A stretch of DNA of 64,000 nucleotides from Phyllosticta citribraziliensis. Taxonomy: Eukaryota. Below the pieces are notes generated by a model, which worked only from the letters and a program-made list of their open reading frames with translations, was not told where the DNA came from and ran no database searches. Position numbers and translations under genes: made by a program. Location: positions 310,001-374,000 of the forward strand of contig NW_027117350.1 in assembly GCF_038025025.1 (NCBI RefSeq), written 5' to 3'. Positions 61,101 through 64,000 of this stretch are shown one piece after another; the stretch's first letter is position 1, and every line of letters begins with the position of its first letter.

Positions 61101-63974
61101 GTCCCACGGAAGCCAATCAAGCCACAGCGAGACGAAACGCGCCTGGCGTGCGCCTTGTTTGCGATGATGGAGCTTGATGTCCGGTTACCTCGACCAGCGT
61201 TCCATCCAGTCCATGGATGTCGTCCGCCCTGCCCAAGGACAGAGCTGAAGTCGGAAGCCAGCACGCATCCCGGGCCTTGGTCCGATCCGATCAGAGGCAG
61301 TAGTGGACAATGAGTCGCGTTCCGTTGAGCGGATAAGTTCGTTGGGTAGACTTGGGTCGTCTGTGCTGGATGCGTTCTCGATGCTGGGGGATGCATGGAA
61401 AATCGAATGCTGGAGACTGCCAGAGGACTTGAGTCTGGAGAGAGACGGGTCGATGAGGTGCGCAACGGCGGTCGGAGGGTGGCGGATGGCGGTGATGGAG
61501 GAGCGGAAGGACGGACAGGGTGTGGGTGGAGGGGCGGGAGGAAGGGAGGGCGGATGGGGCGGCGCGAAGGCAGCGGAGGGGGGAGGGGGGAGGGGACCAT
61601 CGTGACGTCTTCGTCGCCGTCCCTGTGGCTGACGGTTTGCGGAGAGTGTGGGGGAATCCTGCACGCTGACCAAAACGGAAGAAGAACAACACCTGTCCCT
61701 ATGCAAAAGGAAGAAGACGGCGGCGAAGGATTGCTGCTGATTCCAACATTTGCACATGTTCCTCGTGCACATCCAGTGGTTAATCGGACAGCGCACCGCC
61801 TTTACCCTTTCTCAAGCCAACACTCCACCACACCTACACTCATCCATACATAGGCACGCAGAAGTACCTGTCACATTTAGTCCCGGTCCAACCAGCTGGC
61901 AGCGTCATGCCACGCTCAGAGCTGACCAACAATCACTCACCTTCAGGCGCGCAACCCCAGGCCGCCTGTACTGCACCTCTTTTCCCAACTCGCTCACTGA
62001 TAGACAGACAGGCCTTCTTCCCCATGGGCACCCCACACCATTGCGCAGCACGGCCCCACAGCTGTCTGCGCGCCTGACAGGAAGCACCCTCGAGCATGTC
62101 AAACCCACCGAATCGACACCCGCCTGACCGATACCGAGTACGCGCAGCTTGCTACGGACATCGGGTACGGCGCTTGGCCCGAGTCGACACTGTGCATCTT
62201 GGCCGCGGCGTCTTCCTTGCCCAGGACGTATCCACACCCACCACTACCATCGCTGCAAACTCTCCAGTCGCAAAGGCACATCTGTCTTGTTCGGAGCACA
62301 CCGCCGGCCTATCACTCGTCCTGGACCGCTCGCCGAGCGCGGCCTTCCCGCCCACCTCATCTCGGAAAGGACCGGCCCAGGACAGGCATCCGTTTTTCTC
62401 TTTGCTCGAGTGTTTTGGCCATTATCTAGCGCGATGGCGCGAGCCTTGGCTTTTGCAGGGAGCTCGAAGGCAGTAGCCGTGTTGTTTCTTCTTCTTGTTT
62501 TGTCGACGTCTCTGACGACGAACACGCCAAAGATGCTACGGCGGGCACTTGATGGTACACCGCTGACATCGCTGGTTGGCTGCTGCGGTTGATACGTGTG
62601 AAGTCAGTCGGCGCGCGAATTTCGGCGGCTTCTCAACCGCGTCCGGCTTGGCTGGACTGAGTTGCGACTGTTGATGCTGATGACCCTGGTGGAGCACCAC
62701 GTCTGGCTGTACGGACGTATGGTCGGTCGCCAGTCACTCGGTCAAGATACACTCCCGACAGCATGACTGTGTTTGCTGTCTGACTGCACACCTGATGCAT
62801 CACAAAAAAACAAAAATAGCGAATGGGGAGAGTCCCCTTCCGTTGCAAGTGCCGAAGCACAAAACGTGGCGTTGCACCGAGGCTGCTGAAACGGTGCCGT
62901 GGCGCAGCCGCGGGCTTGTCACAGTCGCAGTCTATTTCGTCCCACGCCCAGTCTTGTTTATTCCCGCACCGCAACTCTGGTGATTGGAAGTTGCAAAAAA
63001 GGACGCAGTGGACGGATCCATGGAATGGAGCTCTAGACTGCTGCTGAACGGCGCCGTATGTCGCCATAATCCAACATCAGGCCGCCGCTTCGCCGACGCC
63101 AACGCCGTCGCCGCCACAGTCGTCGTCGTTTGCCTCCTGGCTGACTACTGGATGACGCCGAGTCAGTTGGGTCAGCGTAATGCTCAGGAGAGGAGTACCC
63201 GCGTACCAGACTATATCCTGCTTGGCAACTCTGTTTTTCGATTTGCCGGCATCTCCTGGGCCGATGATGTGCTGCTATTCGGCCCCGAGGACGCATCTAT
63301 CAGTGAAAGAAGACCGAAGTGATGACAGCAGCAGCAACAGCTACGCGCGCTGAATTCGTTCACATCACCATAACTGTTGGCTAAGTCCAAATCCCCAAGC
63401 CGTCGCCGCCGCACACCCACCATCATCTCAAACAGACTTTGGGTGGCTGGCAATCATCCGGCCCGCGGCCGGCTTGGTTGCTTACCTTCCCTTAGTGGTG
63501 CCCACGCTCCCACCATCTCAACTGCCGCCATCCCACGCATTGCGCCTGCCGAGCCACCAGGCGGAAGTGCCGTTCGAGTCAAGACGCCGTCGATTGCACG
63601 GAATACGTATCTTTGTTTGACATGGACCCAGGCACAGGGTTTCGGCATGTTGGCCGCTTGCCGCCCTGCCTGACAAGTAAATCTTGATGTCAACACGCTG
63701 GCTGGCTGCTTGTTTTGCACACGCGTCGTACTTGATCGTATCGCAGACGAGGTCCGACTGATGATGACTGCCTAGCACGCGCTGAGCGGCTGAGTATCTA
63801 CGCTCGCGCAGACTGTATCCACTTTCGAGGCGCAGCAAGGCAGGCCAGCGGCGGCGGCGAGGAAAAGTGGCTCGCTTGTTTGCTCCCCTACGCGTGAGGC
63901 TCCCCAGACAAGATGCTCGTATGGAGCAGCGAGCACATCTTAGCAATCCGCCAAGGTCAGGTACTGCGCTGCAA

Positions 63975-63997
63975 ATTCAATCAATCAATCAATCAAT
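63975..63997 (+). repeat. (TCAA)n microsatellite
   Basis: tcaatcaatcaatcaatcaat. Confidence 0.8.
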
Positions 63998-64000
63998 GAA

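Noticed and set aside
60695..61600. 301-aa minus-strand ORF
   Set aside because: Low-complexity translation of C-rich and T-rich tracts; not protein-like.

Overview
Eukaryotic, intron-containing, GC-rich DNA from a filamentous ascomycete (Pezizomycotina). CAND1 is unsplit, which argues against Aspergillus-type Eurotiales; a Dothideomycete is plausible but not proven. About 20 protein-coding genes can be modelled by joining ORFs through GT/GC-AG introns with CTRAY branch points. Recognisable genes: Sec14/CRAL-TRIO (PDR16-like), POL12, a PTH11-like integral membrane protein, a C2H2 zinc-finger TF, CAND1, a PLAC8 protein, an APH-like phosphotransferase, EFL1/RIA1, a tandem PH-domain protein, an RfeF-like vWA protein, a CWC23 J-protein, an alpha/beta hydrolase, the TUL1/Dsc1 E3 ligase and an STE2 pheromone receptor. 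There are also several hypothetical proteins and one intron-containing tRNA-Glu(TTC). No transposon, CRISPR array or rRNA was seen, and the last ~9 kb has no credible gene. Best leads: (1) a splice-switchable upstream WPWTIRPALAVLWGVCWMF module on the C2H2 TF; (2) a TGA-CTA readthrough context followed by 85 open codons on the PTH11-like gene; (3) a hidden protein-like exon absent from the ORF track just behind CWC23; (4) a 33-nt-period degenerate repeat open on both strands; (5) an Asp-to-Asn pseudo-kinase; (6) a GC-AG intron in POL12. All gene models are read by eye and untested.
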